From: Bacteroidales bacterium
Lineage (GTDB): Bacteria > Bacteroidota > Bacteroidia > Bacteroidales > UBA932
Direction of reading: 5' to 3'
Length of the DNA: 37,340 nt
NCBI GenBank assembly: GCA_036757145.1
Contig: DAIOJQ010000001.1
Coordinates: 1 to 37,340 of the forward strand
Made by a program: the position numbers and the translations under genes. The first letter of the stretch is position 1. Every line of letters starts with the position of its first letter. Shown piece by piece: positions 24,994 through 34,484 of the stretch. The notes beneath the pieces are model-generated. The model saw nothing but the letters and a program-made list of their open reading frames with translations, had not been told where the DNA came from and did not search any database.

Positions 24994-27087
24994 CTATTTC
25001 ATACCGAGCTTCTCGAGAAGGGCCTCCGGCTTGGGATCCCTTCCGCGGAAGTTGCGGAATAATACATCGGCATCTTCGATGCCTCCTCTGGAGAGGATTT
25101 TATCGCGGAATTCAGCAGCCACCTCTCTGTTGAAAATGCCTCTCTCCTTGAAGAGCGAGAAAGCATCAGCTTCGAGCACCTCAGCCCATTTATAGGAGTA
25201 GTAGCCGGCGGCATATCCTCCTGAGAAAATATGGCTGAAAGAGGGCGAAAAGACGATACCTTCGATTGCAGGCAGTACGGCCGAATTCGCAAGAACTCCC
25301 TGCTCATACTCCACTACAGAGGCTTCAGGCACAGATGTGACATTATGCCAGGACATATCGGTAAGCCCGTAGTTGAGCTGACGTACGTTCATATATCCTG
25401 CGAGGAAATTCTTTGCTGCAATAATTTTATCGATCAGATCCTGAGGAATTACCTCGCCTGTCTGGTAATGCTTCGCAAAAGAGTTCAGATACTCCGGCTC
25501 GTATGCCCAGTTTTCCATAATCTGAGAGGGAAGTTCCACAAAGTCGCGGGCGACGTTGGTGCCTGTTAAAGTACTATAAGTACCCTCTGCCAGTATGCCG
25601 TGGAGTGCGTGCCCGAATTCGTGGAGGATAGTGGTGAACTCATAGAAGGTAATCAGAGATGGAGTATCGGAAGTAGGTTTGGTGAAATTAGTTACCAATG
25701 ACACATGAGGTCTCTCTTCGACGCCGTTGTAGAAGCCCTGCTCCCTGAAGGAGGTCATCCATGCGCCGCCTCTCTTGCTCTCGCGTGGGAAATAGTCAAT
25801 GTAGAGCAGAGACATAAATCTGTCGTTCTCATCCTTTACTTCGAATACCTTTACGTCGGGATAATATACGGGCAATTTAGGATTCTCCTCGAATTTCAGT
25901 CCGTAGAGACGTTCGGCCAGGTCAAAAATGGCTGCCTGGACACTTGAGAGCTCGAAATAGGGCTTGAGCAGCTCTTCATTCAGCGAATATCTCTCTTCCT
26001 GGAATTTTTCCGACCAGTATGAGAAATCCCAGGGCATTAGTTGTTCTTCGAAGCCGTTGGCTTTGGCATAGGCCTGGATTTCGGCTACGTCACGTCTTGC
26101 AAAAGGAAGGGATTTCTGCATCAGATCGGCAAGGAAATTATTAACTGTGGCGGGGTTTTTAGCCATTCTATCCTCAAGTGCATAATCGGCATAGGTCTCA
26201 TACCCCAGCAGCTGAGCTATGCGGATGCGGAGATCCACTATCTTCCGGATATTTGCAGTATTGTCAAACTCTCCGCCTATGCATTTGCTGTTGTATGCTT
26301 TCCAGATTTGTTCACGCAGCTCGCGGCGGGTGCTGTACTTCAGGAAGGGACTGTAGCTCGGCTGATCGAGGGTAAAGACCCATCCCTCTTTGCCTTTGGC
26401 CTGCGCATCTGCTGCAGCCATTTCCCTGACATAGTCGGGAAGGCCGGCAAGGTCGGCCTCGTCAGTGATATTAAGTATATATGCATTAGTGGCATTGAGT
26501 ACATTGCGTCCGAATGTGAGGGTGGTAACTGAAAGTTCCTCCTGCAGTCGTGCGTATTCTGCCTTTTTGTCGTCCGGAAGGTTGGCTCCGTTACGGGTGA
26601 AGGATTTGTAGCTCTCTTCCAGCAGTTTTGCCTGCTCCTGGTTGAGTTGAAGGCTATCTTTCATCTCATAGACTGCCTTTACCTTTTGGAAAAGCACGGG
26701 GTTGAGGATGATGGACATGCTGTATTCGGTCATCATAGGGGCGACCTCTTCGGCAATTTTCTGCATCTCCGCATTGGTGCAGGCTTGATTAAGGTTGAAG
26801 AATATGCCCGCAACGGTATTGAGTGTGCGTCCGGAAGTGTTGAGCGGCTCTATGGTATTGGCAAAAGTAGGTTCTTCGGTATTGTCTGCAATGAGCTGAA
26901 TCTCGGCTTTGGCCTCTTCGATGGCTGCAATGAATGCAGGTTTGTAGTGCTCTATTTTGATTTTGTCGAAGGCCGGAGCCTGATAGGGGTGTCTGGATGT
27001 TTGTAGCAAAGGATTTTCTTTCATTGTGCAGGAAATAAGCATCAGAGCGGCAAGTGATGCCGCAGTCAGTGTTTTGGTTAGTTTCAT
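24994..27087 (-). CDS. dcp: M3-family zinc metallopeptidase (peptidyl-dipeptidase Dcp / oligopeptidase A-like), lipoprotein
   Basis: HEFGH zinc motif (TTILHEFGHALHG), a downstream Glu ligand region (DFVELPSQIMENW), and a signal peptide with Cys (LMLISCT). Confidence 0.88.
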   Translation of the reverse strand: MKLTKTLTAASLAALMLISCTMKENPLLQTSRHPYQAPAFDKIKIEHYKPAFIAAIEEAKAEIQLIADNTEEPTFANTIEPLNTSGRTLNTVAGIFFNLNQACTNAEMQKIAEEVAPMMTEYSMSIILNPVLFQKVKAVYEMKDSLQLNQEQAKLLEESYKSFTRNGANLPDDKKAEYARLQEELSVTTLTFGRNVLNATNAYILNITDEADLAGLPDYVREMAAADAQAKGKEGWVFTLDQPSYSPFLKYSTRRELREQIWKAYNSKCIGGEFDNTANIRKIVDLRIRIAQLLGYETYADYALEDRMAKNPATVNNFLADLMQKSLPFARRDVAEIQAYAKANGFEEQLMPWDFSYWSEKFQEERYSLNEELLKPYFELSSVQAAIFDLAERLYGLKFEENPKLPVYYPDVKVFEVKDENDRFMSLLYIDYFPRESKRGGAWMTSFREQGFYNGVEERPHVSLVTNFTKPTSDTPSLITFYEFTTILHEFGHALHGILAEGTYSTLTGTNVARDFVELPSQIMENWAYEPEYLNSFAKHYQTGEVIPQDLIDKIIAAKNFLAGYMNVRQLNYGLTDMSWHNVTSVPEASVVEYEQGVLANSAVLPAIEGIVFSPSFSHIFSGGYAAGYYSYKWAEVLEADAFSLFKERGIFNREVAAEFRDKILSRGGIEDADVLFRNFRGRDPKPEALLEKLGMK

Positions 27088-27145
27088 ATTTTGCGTAATA
27101 ATTTGTTTCAGAATTTCAAAGTTAGCGAATTTAAGTCAAAAAAAC

Positions 27146-27499
27146 TCATTCCTTGGATGAGAAATGCACTTCGCCGTTGGCGGAATAATAATAACAATAT
27201 TCGTAGATGTGGTAGCACGTGCGTCCGAGAATTCGTTTATCCATCGAAGTAAAATGAGTGAAATCGAAAGCGAGCATGCTCAACTCTCTGGTGCCGATAC
27301 TCTCAATGCCTTCGGCAAGCAGAGAACGTATGATTTCGCGGTTGCGCGAAAGTATGCGGTTTACCCGATTCATCCCTTTGTTGCGCTCCCTGCGGAGATA
27401 ATTGTGATAATCGTTCCTGCAACCGTCGCAGCAGAAGACCTTGTCGCTCCTACCCGTGAATATTTCGCCACATCTCTTACAGTTTCCTTTTGTACCCAT
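27146..27499 (-). CDS. Small hypothetical protein with an N-terminal CxxC...CxxC zinc ribbon and a basic helix
   Basis: MGTKGNCKRCGEIFTGRSDKVFCCDGCRNDYHNYLRRERNK. I recognise no family; coding status is supported by length and the absence of a competing ORF. Confidence 0.55.
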   Translation of the reverse strand: MGTKGNCKRCGEIFTGRSDKVFCCDGCRNDYHNYLRRERNKGMNRVNRILSRNREIIRSLLAEGIESIGTRELSMLAFDFTHFTSMDKRILGRTCYHIYEYCYYYSANGEVHFSSKE

Positions 27500-27688
27500 A
27501 AAGATCTTCTGTTTAAATTGATATATAGTTTATTTTTAATGACAAAAATACTCGAAAATATTTACAAGTGGCTGTTGAAAAAGCAATTTTAACGTATTAA
27601 AACATATCGAAACGGATATAAATGTTTAGAGTATTGATAGTGGCTCCTGATCTCTTTTTCTTTGTCTTTGAAATAAAAACCAATTATT

Positions 27689-28027
27689 ATGAAAAGTACA
27701 TTTATCAATCGGGTAGAGTTGAAAGGACATGTAGGCTACGACCCGAAAATCAATGACGTGGGTGACTCACAGGTTGCCAGATTCTCTCTTGCGACCAATG
27801 AGACATTCAAGGACAAAAAAGGCGAAATTAAGGAGGAGACCACCTGGCACAACATTACAGCCTGGAGCGGACGTAATATTGCTGATTTTTCGCTCATACG
27901 CAAAGGCCTTCTGGTCTCGGTCATAGGGCGCATTCGCAATGTCAGGTACACATCCAGCAGTGGTGACGAACGGCAGTTTATGGAGATTTTGGCCAGCAAA
28001 GTGACCGTAGTGCCTCCGGCGGATTAG
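27689..28027 (+). CDS. ssb: Single-stranded DNA-binding protein, short form without an acidic C-terminal tail
   Basis: OB-fold pattern NRVELKGHVGYDPK...ARFSLATNETFKDKKGE..TTWHNITAW. The product is 112 aa and ends ...VTVVPPAD. Confidence 0.8.
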   Translation: MKSTFINRVELKGHVGYDPKINDVGDSQVARFSLATNETFKDKKGEIKEETTWHNITAWSGRNIADFSLIRKGLLVSVIGRIRNVRYTSSSGDERQFMEILASKVTVVPPAD

Positions 28028-28049
28028 TGCGGTCTTACATTTTGGCTCA

Positions 28050-28085
28050 ACTTTCGGCAATAGCGAGCCGAATATTGCCGAAAGT
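28050..28085 (+). terminator. Perfect 13-bp hairpin after ssb
   Basis: ACTTTCGGCAATA (28050-28062), a 10-nt loop, then TATTGCCGAAAGT (28073-28085), followed by TGTTAAATTTG (a weak T-tract). Confidence 0.55.
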
Positions 28086-28093
28086 TGTTAAAT

Positions 28094-28131
28094 TTGTAGT
28101 TTACTGCAACCAACATTGTAGTTTAGTGCAA
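28094..28131 (+). repeat. Direct repeat of a 16-mer upstream of cysS
   Basis: TTGTAGTTTACTGCAA (28094-28109) and TTGTAGTTTAGTGCAA (28116-28131); 15 of 16 positions identical, starts 22 bp apart, the second ending 7 nt before the ATG at 28139. Confidence 0.7.
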
Positions 28132-28138
28132 AAAACAG

Positions 28139-29623
28139 ATGATTATGGCTCGTGATTTATTTCTCTACGATACCCTCAAAAGGGAAAAACGCATCTTTAA
28201 ACCTGTAAATCCCGGTTATGTCGGAATGTATGTCTGCGGCCCCACCGTATATGGTGACCCACATCTCGGCCATGCTAGACCCGCCATTACTTTCGATTTG
28301 CTTTTCCGGCTATTCAGACACCTGGGCTACAAAGTGAGATATGTGAGCAATATAACCGATGTTGGCCACCTGGAAAATGATGCCGACACAGGTGAGGACA
28401 AGATTGCAAAAAAAGCCCGACTTGAGGCTTTGGAGCCTATGGAGGTGGTACAAACCTATACATTGAGATACCATGAGGCGATGAAGCAACTCAATGTGCT
28501 GCGTCCTTCAATTGAGCCCAGGGCTTCAGGCCACATCATCGAACAGATCGAGCTTGTCAAAACAATCCTCGATGCCGGATATGCCTATATCAGCAATGGT
28601 TCGGTATATTTTGATGTTGAAAAATATGATCGTGTACACACGTATGGAGTACTTTCAGGCCGTATCATCGATGATATGATGGCCGGTTCCCGCGAACTGG
28701 ACGGTCAGGATGACAAACGTTCCCCTAACGATTTTGCCCTCTGGAAAAAGGCCCCGCCCGAGCATATCATGCGCTGGCCTTCCCCTTGGAGTGTAGGATT
28801 TCCGGGTTGGCATCTGGAGTGCTCGGCAATGAGCGAAAAGTATCTCGGAGAGGAGTTTGATATTCACGGCGGCGGTATGGACCTGATATTTCCGCATCAC
28901 GAATGTGAACTGGCCCAGAATGTTGCCTCGCGAGGTAAAGGCGGTGTCAATTACTGGGTGCATAACAATTTGATTACCATCAATGGTCAGAAGATGGGTA
29001 AGTCCAAAGGCAATTTTATCACACTGGAAGAGTTGTTTGCGGGTAAACACGAAGCCCTGGACCAGCCCTACTCGCCTATGACTATCAGGTTTTTCATACT
29101 TCAGGCACATTACAGGAGCACTTTGGATTTCAGTAACGAGGCTTTACAGGCTGCCGAAAAGGGACTTAAACGCCTTATGCAGGTGGCTAAGGATGTCGTT
29201 TCACTCAAGCATTCGGCCGACGCTCCCCGATTGAATCAAGTTACTTCCATTGAAGAGGAGATCTACGAGGCGCTACTTGACGATATGAATACACCTGTGG
29301 CTCTCTCTTCTCTTTTTGAGGCAGTGAAGATTGTAAATGGTGCCAAAGATAGAGGAGAGGTGCTCAATGATGCCGATTACGATATACTTACCAAACTTTT
29401 TACGGAGATTGTATCGGATGTGCTGGGTTTGACTGATGACCGTCAGGACTCAGTTGCAGAGTCGGTCATAGGTGGTCTTATGGATATGATAATTGAGCAC
29501 CGCAATGCAGCAAAAACTGCAAAGAACTGGGATGAAAGCGACCGGATCCGGGATGAACTCAAAGCGATCGGGATTCAAATCAAGGATACCAAAGAAGGTA
29601 CCGAGTGGGAGCTTACCAAATAA
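28139..29623 (+). CDS. cysS: Cysteine--tRNA ligase (alternative start ATG at 28145)
   Basis: Class I HIGH motif (HLGHARP), KMSKS motif (KMGKSKGN), and conserved GWHLECSAM and FPHHECE blocks. Confidence 0.95.
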   Translation: MIMARDLFLYDTLKREKRIFKPVNPGYVGMYVCGPTVYGDPHLGHARPAITFDLLFRLFRHLGYKVRYVSNITDVGHLENDADTGEDKIAKKARLEALEPMEVVQTYTLRYHEAMKQLNVLRPSIEPRASGHIIEQIELVKTILDAGYAYISNGSVYFDVEKYDRVHTYGVLSGRIIDDMMAGSRELDGQDDKRSPNDFALWKKAPPEHIMRWPSPWSVGFPGWHLECSAMSEKYLGEEFDIHGGGMDLIFPHHECELAQNVASRGKGGVNYWVHNNLITINGQKMGKSKGNFITLEELFAGKHEALDQPYSPMTIRFFILQAHYRSTLDFSNEALQAAEKGLKRLMQVAKDVVSLKHSADAPRLNQVTSIEEEIYEALLDDMNTPVALSSLFEAVKIVNGAKDRGEVLNDADYDILTKLFTEIVSDVLGLTDDRQDSVAESVIGGLMDMIIEHRNAAKTAKNWDESDRIRDELKAIGIQIKDTKEGTEWELTK

Positions 29624-30020
29624 AATTTACCACTTTTTTAATAGCCGGATCAATACTGTTCGCCACCGGGCAGGTTTTCGCAGAATTTATGATGAGGGTC
29701 TTCTCCTTTTGAGAGTATTCCATGCCTTCAGGGAATTTTATGTCAAGACGTAGTTCCACAACACGGCGTGGATTTGTGCCCATTATCTTTTCAGTGGTGA
29801 TGGTGGTACCGTCAATCGAGAATCCGTAGGTACGGGCGGTCATTCCGATTATGGTCAGCATACAGCTGCCGAGAGAGGTGGCGAAAAGGTCGGTGGGGGA
29901 GAATAGAAGTCCGTCTCCGTTGTTGTCTTTTGGGGCGCTGGTGATGAGTTTGCTGCCGGAGTCAAGATGCTCCGCCTCTGTACGCAGGTTACCCAGATAG
30001 ATAGTCTTGATTAATGTCAT
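29613..30020 (-). CDS. OsmC/Ohr-family peroxiredoxin-like protein
   Basis: The 135-aa product carries the two conserved Cys (SLGSCML and AKTCPVA). Its 3' end overlaps cysS convergently by 11 nt. Confidence 0.8.
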   Translation of the reverse strand: MTLIKTIYLGNLRTEAEHLDSGSKLITSAPKDNNGDGLLFSPTDLFATSLGSCMLTIIGMTARTYGFSIDGTTITTEKIMGTNPRRVVELRLDIKFPEGMEYSQKEKTLIINSAKTCPVANSIDPAIKKVVNFIW

Positions 30021-30034
30021 GATTTCCTGAATAA

Positions 30035-31441
30035 TTATAATAATTCCACTCTTTGTTTGGCTACGGGTATGCCCAGTTGGTCGCGATATTTGGCAACCGT
30101 ACGTCTGGCAACCTTGTAACCCTTTTCCGAAAGGGCTTCAACTATGCTCTCGTCCGTCAATGGAGAGGTTTTGTCCTCGTTGTCGATAATCTGAACGAGT
30201 ACATTTTTAATCTCGCGTGTGGAAACTTCCTCTCCATCTTCGTTGAGAAGGCCTTCGGAGAAGAAATATTTCAGCGGAAAAATACCGAAATGAGTCTGTA
30301 TATATTTGCAATTGACCACTCTGGAGATGGTCGAAATATCAAGATTGGCCTTTTCAGCAATGTTGCGGAGTACCATTGGCTTGAGTTTGGTCTCGTCACC
30401 ATCCATAAAGTATTCTCTCTGGAAGTCTATTATGGCGTTCATTGTGTTCTGAAGTGTGTTTTGACGCTGCTTTATAGCTTCGATGAACCATTTTGCATCG
30501 TCGAGTTTCTTTTTCACGAACACCACTGCATCTTTGCCTGCTTTGGTGTTCGCGTTAGAGCCCTTGATCAACATATCCGCGTAGCGTTTATTGACTCTAA
30601 GCTCCGGTATGGAGTATCGGGGCATTGACATTACCAGTTCGCCTTCTCTCAACTCCAGGATGAAATCCGGAATCACCTGTTGAGTTTGCTCTGAGTAAGA
30701 GTCGTCAATCTGTCCGCCGGGACGGGGATTGAGGCGCTGGATCTCTTCAATAGCCTCTTTAAGCTCATCATTTGTGACACCCAGCCGGGACATGATTTTG
30801 GGATAGTGTTTTCGGGAGAATTCGTTGAAATAGTCCCGGAGAATGGTCTCGGCAAGTTGTTGGGAGGGGGTTTGATTCTTTGCAGCAATTTGTAATAGAA
30901 GACATTCCCTAAGGTCTCTTGCACCAACGCCAACAGGCTCAAATTCCTGTATTATAAAGAGGATCTCCTCAAGTTCATCTTCGGTGGTTTCAATACCCAG
31001 ACGGAAAGCGATATCATCCGTAAGGGAGTCCAGATCGCGCCTGAGGTAGCCGTCGTCCTCAAGCATTCCTATCATGAAGGTGGCAATTTGCCTCTTTCTA
31101 TCGTCCAGCGAGCAGAAACCTAGTTGTTTTATAAGATTCTGGTGAAAGCTTTCCTGGACGGAAAATGTGTTGTATTGAGGCTTGAGATCTTTACCTTGAT
31201 TATTGACATGAAGTTTGTATGAGGGTGTAGGATCATCCCGGTCGTATGAGTCTAGGGCAACATTCGCTGCCTCCTCTTCCTCGGATTCAGGTATCACTTC
31301 ATCCAGGACAGGATTCTCTTCAATCTCCCTCTGTATCTTTTGCTCCAGTTCCAACATGGGAAGCTCCAGAAGTTTGATGGTCTGAATCTGGAGCGGTGAG
31401 AGCTTTGTGGTTTGTGTCTGTTGTAATGTCTGCTTTAACAT
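30035..31441 (-). CDS. rpoN: RNA polymerase sigma-54 factor; start placed at MLKQTLQQ, whereas the track ORF extends to 31480
   Basis: N-terminal Gln/Leu-rich region I (MLKQTLQQTQTTKLSPLQIQTIKLLELP), an acidic region II, and the C-terminal RpoN box ARRTVAKYR. Confidence 0.93.
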   Translation of the reverse strand: MLKQTLQQTQTTKLSPLQIQTIKLLELPMLELEQKIQREIEENPVLDEVIPESEEEEAANVALDSYDRDDPTPSYKLHVNNQGKDLKPQYNTFSVQESFHQNLIKQLGFCSLDDRKRQIATFMIGMLEDDGYLRRDLDSLTDDIAFRLGIETTEDELEEILFIIQEFEPVGVGARDLRECLLLQIAAKNQTPSQQLAETILRDYFNEFSRKHYPKIMSRLGVTNDELKEAIEEIQRLNPRPGGQIDDSYSEQTQQVIPDFILELREGELVMSMPRYSIPELRVNKRYADMLIKGSNANTKAGKDAVVFVKKKLDDAKWFIEAIKQRQNTLQNTMNAIIDFQREYFMDGDETKLKPMVLRNIAEKANLDISTISRVVNCKYIQTHFGIFPLKYFFSEGLLNEDGEEVSTREIKNVLVQIIDNEDKTSPLTDESIVEALSEKGYKVARRTVAKYRDQLGIPVAKQRVELL

Positions 31442-31448
31442 TTCATAA

Positions 31449-31456
31449 CAAAGGTA
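31449..31456 (-). promoter_or_regulatory. -7 box (TACCTTTG) 7 nt upstream of the rpoN ATG
   Basis: The minus strand reads TTGTCAAAACGATGGAAAAATTATTACCTTTGTTATGAAATG. This is a perfect TAnnTTTG box with a TTG 21 nt upstream of it. Confidence 0.35.
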
Positions 31457-31562
31457 ATAATTTTTCCATCGTTTTGACAATTTGGTTATCTTTGGGCCAT
31501 AATATCACGGAGTAATGAGCACTTATCGTAAATGTGTCTCTATTTATAATAACAATGCAATA

Positions 31563-33632
31563 ATGATGCGATTCATTAAAAAACTGTTTCTCGTCCTGAC
31601 ACTCCTGTCGGGAATTTCAATGGTAGCATTCTCACAGTCGGATCTTGTTTCCTGGAAAATTGCTTCGGAGGCTACTGGCGATAACACATTCGACATAAAA
31701 ATAACAGCCTCCATTGCCCCGGGATGGCATATGTACGATATGGGGCCTTATGAAAACGGTCCTAATGCCACAACATTTATCTTTACCCTTCCCAATGGTG
31801 TGACCAAGGTGGGAGAGATAAGTTCCATCGAGAAACCCATCAAGGTGGATGATCCGATGTTCGGTATGGTAATAGGCTACTACGAGAAGAGCGTCACTTT
31901 TGTCCAGAAGGTGAAGCTTGCAGTTCCGAAAGCTACCGTAGAGGTGGAAGTGGAGTGGATGACTTGTGATAACACCAGCTGTACTCCTCCGGACGACTAC
32001 ACGATGAAGATAGAACTGCAAGCGCCCTTCCTTGCATCGGAAGTACAGGATGCAGCAGCCCGGGAAGAGCCCGTGCTAACTCAGGAAGAGTTTGACGAGG
32101 TTTCTACTGTCTCATCACCGGATGGTGAAGTGCAGATGTCAGCCCCCGAAAGGGCTACCAGGGGCGGTTCGCTTTGGGCTATGATTATTGAGGCTATCCT
32201 TTGGGGATTTGCAGCACTGTTGACCCCCTGTGTTTTCCCCATGGTGCCGATGACCGTATCATTCTTCATTAAGGGTTCTGAGGACAAGGCAAGAGGCAGG
32301 TTCCGCGCTATAATGTACGGTGTGTTTATTGTGCTTCTCTATACAGTTCCTATTGCGGCTATAATCATCATAACACGGCTGGTAGGAGGAGATGCCGTCA
32401 CTGCGGATATCTTCAATTGGTTGGCTACCCACTGGCTGCCCAACATCCTCTTCTTCCTGGTATTTATGGCCTTTGCCGCCTCCTTCTTTGGTGCATTCGA
32501 GATAGTAATGCCAAGCAAGCTGGTCAATAAGAGTGACCAGCAGGCGAGTAAACGTCAGGGATTGGGAGGAGTATTTTTCCTCGCTCTGACTCTTGTGTTG
32601 GTATCCTTCTCATGTACAGGCCCCATTGTGGGTACGGTACTCATAAAATCCACAGCAGGTGAGTTTTGGACCCCAATTATCACTATGCTGGCCTTCTCTC
32701 TGGCTTTTGCGCTCCCCTTCATGATCTTCGCCCTCTTCCCTTCTCTGCTGAGCAATATTCCCCAGAGTGGTGGATGGCTCAACTCCGTTAAGGTGGTGCT
32801 TGGATTCATTGAGGTGGCGCTTGGTTTTAAATTCCTCAGCGTTGCTGATCAGGTCTATCACTGGGGTCTCCTGGACAGGGAGATATATCTTGCAATATGG
32901 ATTGTCTGCTTTACATTGCTGGGATTCTACCTGCTTGGCAAGCTCAAATTCAAGCATGACAGTGACCTCAAGCATATCAGCGTGTTCCGTCTGGTGCTCG
33001 CTATTGCATCTTTTAGCTTTGTGGTATATATGATACCCGGTATGTGGGGTGCTCCTTTAAAAGGCCTCTCCGGTTATTTGCCTCCTATCAACACACAAGA
33101 TTTTGTGATACCAACAGACGGAAGTCGTACCACTCAGGCTGAAGCGGCAAGCGCATATACTGTCAAATATGGGGATTTTCTTAAACTTCCTCATGGATTG
33201 AACGGCTTTTTTGACCTGGAGGAGGCTCAGGCTCACGCCGAAAAGGTCGGCAAACCGGTATTCGTAGATTTTACCGGCCACGGATGCGTCAATTGCCGTG
33301 AGATGGAGGCGAGAGTGTGGAGTGATCCCAGGGTGCTTGAGATTCTCAAAAGGGATTATGTCATCTGTGCTCTCTATGCAGATGATAAGAAACAGGTCCC
33401 TGAGGAGAATTGGGTGACGAATGATAATGGAAAAGTACTCAAAACACTCGGCAAGATCAACTCCCATTTTGCATTGACAAGATACGGAGTCAATGCTCAG
33501 CCATATTATGTTCTGGAGGACAACAACGGCAGACAGTTGGTGGAGCCCCGTGGATACAACCTCGATGTAGAATCCTTCATCATTTGGCTTGAAGAGGGAG
33601 TGAAGGCATACAAGAGTAACGAACAACTCTAG
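31563..33632 (+). CDS. dsbD: Protein-disulfide reductase, DsbD family; start placed at MMRFIKK, whereas the track ORF starts at 31515
   Basis: N-terminal periplasmic domain (WMTCDNTSCTPP). TM core with LTPCVFPMVP and FSCTGPIVG. C-terminal thioredoxin domain with a CxxC (GHGCVNCREME). Confidence 0.88.
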   Translation: MMRFIKKLFLVLTLLSGISMVAFSQSDLVSWKIASEATGDNTFDIKITASIAPGWHMYDMGPYENGPNATTFIFTLPNGVTKVGEISSIEKPIKVDDPMFGMVIGYYEKSVTFVQKVKLAVPKATVEVEVEWMTCDNTSCTPPDDYTMKIELQAPFLASEVQDAAAREEPVLTQEEFDEVSTVSSPDGEVQMSAPERATRGGSLWAMIIEAILWGFAALLTPCVFPMVPMTVSFFIKGSEDKARGRFRAIMYGVFIVLLYTVPIAAIIIITRLVGGDAVTADIFNWLATHWLPNILFFLVFMAFAASFFGAFEIVMPSKLVNKSDQQASKRQGLGGVFFLALTLVLVSFSCTGPIVGTVLIKSTAGEFWTPIITMLAFSLAFALPFMIFALFPSLLSNIPQSGGWLNSVKVVLGFIEVALGFKFLSVADQVYHWGLLDREIYLAIWIVCFTLLGFYLLGKLKFKHDSDLKHISVFRLVLAIASFSFVVYMIPGMWGAPLKGLSGYLPPINTQDFVIPTDGSRTTQAEAASAYTVKYGDFLKLPHGLNGFFDLEEAQAHAEKVGKPVFVDFTGHGCVNCREMEARVWSDPRVLEILKRDYVICALYADDKKQVPEENWVTNDNGKVLKTLGKINSHFALTRYGVNAQPYYVLEDNNGRQLVEPRGYNLDVESFIIWLEEGVKAYKSNEQL

Positions 33633-33650
33633 TTGAAATCATATGAAACA

Positions 33651-34484
33651 ATGAGTCAGACACCTTTAAAGATTGATGTAAAGCAGGTAATTGCTGCTAA
33701 AAGTCCGTCGTTGGCAAAGAAACTTCCGGGATTTGTAATCAACTGGATCAAAAAACTTGTCCATCAGGATGAGATCAATGAGATTCTCTCACTCTATGGA
33801 CACTATCAGGGAGTTGAGTTTGCTACGCACGCACTTGCACATCTGGGTATCACCTATACGCCTCATGGAATGGAAAAGATCGATCCGTCAGGCAGATACA
33901 TCTTTGTCTCCAATCACCCTTTGGGTGGACTGGACGGTTCGGTGTTGATTGCCCTTATCGGCAAGATCTTTCCCGACATTAAATTTGTTGTAAATGACTT
34001 TTTAATGCATGTCAAGCCTTTCGAATCGCTCTTTATACCGGTAAACAAAGTAGGAAAGATGAGCCGTGAATATGCACAGATGATCAACGATACTTATTCG
34101 TCAGAATCTCAGATACTTTATTTTCCTGCAGGTCTCTGTTCCAGGAAGATAAAAGGAAAAATTACGGATACCCAGTGGCAGACCAATTTCCTTAAAAAGG
34201 CCGTTGCTCACAAAAGAGACATAGTGCCGATATTTTTTTCGGGACGAAATTCCAATTTCTTTTACACTCTGGCTAAGATCAGAAAGTTTCTCGGTATCAA
34301 ATTCAACATCGAGATGCTTTTCCTTCCCCATGAATTATTCAAACAGAAAAATAGCAGTTTTGAAATCTGGTTTGGAGACCCGATACCCATCGGGAGCATC
34401 ACTCCGGATAAATCGCTGCGAGAATGGACTGACATCATAAGAACAAAAGCCTATGAAGCCAATAATTCAACCGGTGGATCGTAA
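33651..34484 (+). CDS. Lysophospholipid/1-acylglycerol-3-phosphate-type O-acyltransferase (GlsA/OlsA-like)
   Basis: HX4D acyltransferase motif (VSNHPLGGLDG) and FPAGLCSR (the PEGTR-equivalent block). It overlaps the next gene by 32 nt. Confidence 0.8.
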   Translation: MSQTPLKIDVKQVIAAKSPSLAKKLPGFVINWIKKLVHQDEINEILSLYGHYQGVEFATHALAHLGITYTPHGMEKIDPSGRYIFVSNHPLGGLDGSVLIALIGKIFPDIKFVVNDFLMHVKPFESLFIPVNKVGKMSREYAQMINDTYSSESQILYFPAGLCSRKIKGKITDTQWQTNFLKKAVAHKRDIVPIFFSGRNSNFFYTLAKIRKFLGIKFNIEMLFLPHELFKQKNSSFEIWFGDPIPIGSITPDKSLREWTDIIRTKAYEANNSTGGS

